Source: Armatimonadota bacterium
Lineage (GTDB): Bacteria > Sysuimicrobiota > Sysuimicrobiia > Sysuimicrobiales > Humicultoraceae
Assembly: GCA_037443365.1 (NCBI GenBank)
Contig: JBBIOM010000004.1
Span: 56,272 to 120,271 of the forward strand
Length of the DNA stretch: 64,000 bases
Direction: 5' to 3'
Shown here: piece by piece, positions 60,951 to 64,000 of the stretch
Layout: the number at the start of each line of letters is the position of its first letter
How positions within the stretch are numbered: position 1 is the stretch's first letter
Notes under the pieces: generated by a model
Seen by the model: the letters and a program-made list of their open reading frames with translations, nothing else
Told to the model about the DNA's origin: nothing
The model's database searches: none
Made by a program: the position numbers and the translations under genes

Positions 60951-62649
60951 CCAGGGCCCGCCCATCTCTACCCAGAAGCGGCTCGGAGAGCTGCTGGTCG
61001 AGGCCGGCCTCTTGACCCAAGAGCAGCTGGATGAGGCGCTGGCGGAGCAGGCCAAGACCGGGCAGCGCCTGGGACAGGTGCTTATCGGGCGCGGCCTGGT
61101 GACGAAGCATGCCATCGGCCAGGTGCTGGGCGCGCAGCGGGGCAACCCCTACGTCAACCTCGCCACCACCCCGATCGACGAGCAGCTGCTGCGCAGCATC
61201 CCGCTGTCGGTGATCACCGAACTGCGGGCGGCGCCCTTCGCTCGTATCGGGCAAGACGTGCACGTGGCCATGCCCGACCCAAACGACGTGATGGCCATAG
61301 ACCGGATCTCGGGTCTCCTGCGCGCGCGCGTGCGGCCCTTCTTCACCACGGAGCGCGACTTCGAGTGGCTGCTGTCCACACGCTTCAACGTCGCGCAGAC
61401 CGTGAGCGACGACCTGGAGGCCGCCGGGGCCGCGAACGGCGCCGAGCCCGAGTTCGCCACGGTCGTGGCCGGCGACTCACCGCTCGACCCGCCGGTGGTG
61501 CGCCTGGTGGACTCGGTGATCCAGGGCGCGGTGCGCGACGGCGCCACCGACATCCACATCGAGCCGCAGGCCGACGGAACCGCCGTGCGCTACCGCATAG
61601 ACGGCATCCTGCACGACAGGGCTCGTCTGCCCCGCGGCGTGGGCGGCGCGGTGACCACGCGCATCAAGGCCCTGGCCGGCATCGACATCGCCGAGCGGGT
61701 GCGCCCACAGGACGGCCGGCTGCAGTACGAGTTCGGCGGCCGCGAGCACGATCTGCGCATCGCCTCGGTCGGATCCACCTTCGGGGACCGCGTGACCGTG
61801 CGCGTGCTCGACAAGCACCGCGTGCTGCTGGGCCTGGAGCGGCTGGGCCTCCTTCCCGACCAGGAGGCGCTGCTCGAAGGGCTCCTGGCCAAGCCGTACG
61901 GGATGATACTCGTCACCGGGCCAACCGGCTGCGGCAAGACGACAACCCTGTACGCCTGCCTCAACCGGATCAACGAGCGCACGCGCAACATCATGACGAT
62001 CGAGGACCCTGTCGAGTACCACCTGGAGGGCATCACGCAGATAGCCGTGCGATCGAGGATGGCGGTCTCCTTCGCGGCAGGACTGCGCGCCATCATACGT
62101 CACGATCCCGACGTGGTGATGGTGGGAGAGATCCGCGATCCCGAGACCGCGCAGATCGCGGTCCAGGCCGCCCTCACGGGTCACCTGGTGCTCAGCACCC
62201 TGCACACCAACGACGCCGCCGGAGCGGTCGTGCGACTGATCGAGATGGGCGTGGAGCCGTACCTGATCACCTCCACGCTCCTGGCCTCTATCGGGCAGCG
62301 CCTGGTCCGGACGCTGTGCCGGGCCTGCCGCCGCGCCTGCGAGGCCACACCGGATCAGGCCCGGGAGCTGGGGCGGGCCGACAACCAGGCGCCCACCCTG
62401 TGGGAGCCAGGAGGCTGCTCGGAGTGCGGGCATCTTGGCTACAGGGGACGCGCGGGCGTGTTCGAGATAATGCGCGTGACCGACGGGATCCGCGACCTGA
62501 TCCTGCAGCGGCGTCCGGCCACGACGATTCGCGACGCGGCACGGCGCGAGGGGATGCGGGCCATGGACGAGGCCGGCGTGGCCAGGGCGCTGGATGGCAC
62601 GACCAGTCTGGAAGAGCTGCGCCGCGTCGTCTTCGCTGGGATTGACTGA
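60937..62649 (+). CDS. pilB: Type IV pilus/T2SS assembly ATPase with an N-terminal MshEN domain
   Basis: RLGELLVEAGLL...[40 protein letters not shown], CxxC pairs. Confidence 0.93.
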   Translation: MSPASQGPPISTQKRLGELLVEAGLLTQEQLDEALAEQAKTGQRLGQVLIGRGLVTKHAIGQVLGAQRGNPYVNLATTPIDEQLLRSIPLSVITELRAAPFARIGQDVHVAMPDPNDVMAIDRISGLLRARVRPFFTTERDFEWLLSTRFNVAQTVSDDLEAAGAANGAEPEFATVVAGDSPLDPPVVRLVDSVIQGAVRDGATDIHIEPQADGTAVRYRIDGILHDRARLPRGVGGAVTTRIKALAGIDIAERVRPQDGRLQYEFGGREHDLRIASVGSTFGDRVTVRVLDKHRVLLGLERLGLLPDQEALLEGLLAKPYGMILVTGPTGCGKTTTLYACLNRINERTRNIMTIEDPVEYHLEGITQIAVRSRMAVSFAAGLRAIIRHDPDVVMVGEIRDPETAQIAVQAALTGHLVLSTLHTNDAAGAVVRLIEMGVEPYLITSTLLASIGQRLVRTLCRACRRACEATPDQARELGRADNQAPTLWEPGGCSECGHLGYRGRAGVFEIMRVTDGIRDLILQRRPATTIRDAARREGMRAMDEAGVARALDGTTSLEELRRVVFAGID

Positions 62650-62662
62650 GGTGGAGCGGACC

Positions 62663-63868
62663 ATGCCGGCTTACGCGTACACAGGCAGGGACGGCACCGG
62701 CGTTCCGGTCAGGGGTGTAATCGCGGCCGAGGACGAGGCGGTTGCCAGCGCCCGGCTGCGAGGGCAGGGTCTGTTCATCACCTCGCTGCGGCCCAGGACC
62801 CGGTGGGCGGCTGTCGGGATGCGCCGGCGGCGCCCTGGGCTGGAGGAGGTGGCGGCCTTCACCTACCACCTGGCCGGGCTCGTGGCATCGGGCATCCCGC
62901 TGCTCCGTGGCCTGGAGGTGGCCCGTGAGCAGGAGGAGGACGGCGTCCTGCGCGATGTGATCGGCGAGCTGCGCATCGGCATCGAGGCAGGGCAGAGCCT
63001 GTCGGCCGCGATGGGCGACCATCCCGAGATCTTTCCCCCGGTCTATGTCGGAATCGTCCGCTCGGGCGAGGCGGGTGGCGTGCTCGATCAGGCCCTGCTC
63101 CGCCTGACCGACTACCTCGACCGCGAGGTAGCGCTGAGGCAGAAGGCGCGCTCAATGGCCCTCTACCCGGCGTTCGTGCTCGTCCTGGCCGGCGTGGTCG
63201 TGACCGTGTTCGGCATGTTCGTGATCCCCGCGTTCGAGAAGGTCTACCGGTCGGCCGGGGCTCCGCTCCCGCTGGCCACCACGGTTCTGATCGGGTTCAG
63301 CCGCCTCTTGCGGGCCTACTGGCTGCCCGGCCTGCTTACCGCTGCGGCCGCGGCCTGGGCACTGGCCTCCACGGGATTGTGGGCGAGGCTATCGGCCGCA
63401 GGCACGCGCCTGCTCGGCCGGATCCCTCGTGTGGGCGCGGTGGTGCGGCTCGTGCGCGTCAACCGCTTCCTGCGGACGTTTGCGGCCATGTACGCCAGCG
63501 GCGTGCCGGTGATGATGGCGCTGGACATCACGGCCGGGTCGGTCTTCGAGCCCGAGGTCACGGCAGCGGCCGGGTATCTCAAGGAGAGGATCGCCTCCGG
63601 TGGGCGCCTGAGCGAGGCGATGCGCGGGGTGGCCCTCTTCCCGCCCATGGTGCACCGAATGACCGCGATGGGCGAAGAGTCGGGCCGCCTGGACGAACTG
63701 ATGCGCCGGACGTGCGACCTGCTCGACCGCGAGATAGATTTCGCGATCAAGCGCCTGGTGACGCTGGCCGAGCCACTGCTGACCCTGGCGTTGGGCGGAG
63801 TCGTGGCGGCGATCCTGCTGGCCCTGTATCTTCCGGTCTTCGGGCTGCCCCGGGCCATCCTGCGATGA
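62663..63868 (+). CDS. pilC: Type IV pilus inner-membrane platform protein (PilC/GspF)
   Basis: SGIPL, GEAGGVL, YP, GEESGRL, LAEP, YLPVF. Confidence 0.92.
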   Translation: MPAYAYTGRDGTGVPVRGVIAAEDEAVASARLRGQGLFITSLRPRTRWAAVGMRRRRPGLEEVAAFTYHLAGLVASGIPLLRGLEVAREQEEDGVLRDVIGELRIGIEAGQSLSAAMGDHPEIFPPVYVGIVRSGEAGGVLDQALLRLTDYLDREVALRQKARSMALYPAFVLVLAGVVVTVFGMFVIPAFEKVYRSAGAPLPLATTVLIGFSRLLRAYWLPGLLTAAAAAWALASTGLWARLSAAGTRLLGRIPRVGAVVRLVRVNRFLRTFAAMYASGVPVMMALDITAGSVFEPEVTAAAGYLKERIASGGRLSEAMRGVALFPPMVHRMTAMGEESGRLDELMRRTCDLLDREIDFAIKRLVTLAEPLLTLALGGVVAAILLALYLPVFGLPRAILR

Positions 63869-63922
63869 GAAGCAAGGTGTAGGGCACGAAACGTAAGGAA
63901 AAACAACTGGAGGTGAAAGGCA

Positions 63923-64000
63923 ATGAAGAAGAAGCGCAAGGGTGAGGAAGGCTTCACCTTCGTCGAGGTCCTGGCGGTGATCCTGATCCTCGGGGTCCTG
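63923..64000 (+). CDS. Type IV pilin (3' truncated by the window)
   Basis: SD GGAGGTG; class III signal MKKKRKGEEG|FTFVEVLAVILILGVL. Confidence 0.9.
   Translation, partial: MKKKRKGEEGFTFVEVLAVILILGVL

Overview
High-GC bacterial chromosomal segment with no phage, IS, integrase or CRISPR. It probably spans the replication terminus: a XerC/D dif site lies at 14001-14028, with genes mostly on + to its left and uniformly on - from 14.1 to 39.5 kb. In order, it contains: a psrABC-type molybdoenzyme operon plus secreted rhodanese; mutS-mutL-miaA-dapL-hflX; lexA; two crotonases; a SPOR protein; T-box-controlled valS; tig-clpP-clpX-lon; ugpBAE; PFOR with a DHOD-like gene; a csoR-copA-copZ-tlpA copper operon; icd; DUF2089/DUF4097; an M23 peptidase; ispH-der-plsY; a TTT transporter with an oxidoreductase and glpD; an Fe3+/AfuABC-family ABC transporter with HAD and GDPD genes; and the start of a type IV pilus locus. 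There are four tRNA genes (Leu, Lys, Arg, Pro). The most notable signal is in psrA: the ORF track splits it, but it reads as one gene with an in-frame UGA followed by a bacterial SECIS-like hairpin. That places a putative selenocysteine in a Gly-rich loop away from the Mo ligand, which remains Cys. Other notable signals are a half FMN-riboswitch-like leader, ClpP with Asn at the catalytic Asp position, tRNA-Arg(UCG), and a probable AUA/AUC start for hflX. Family assignments come from motif recognition only; no searches were run.
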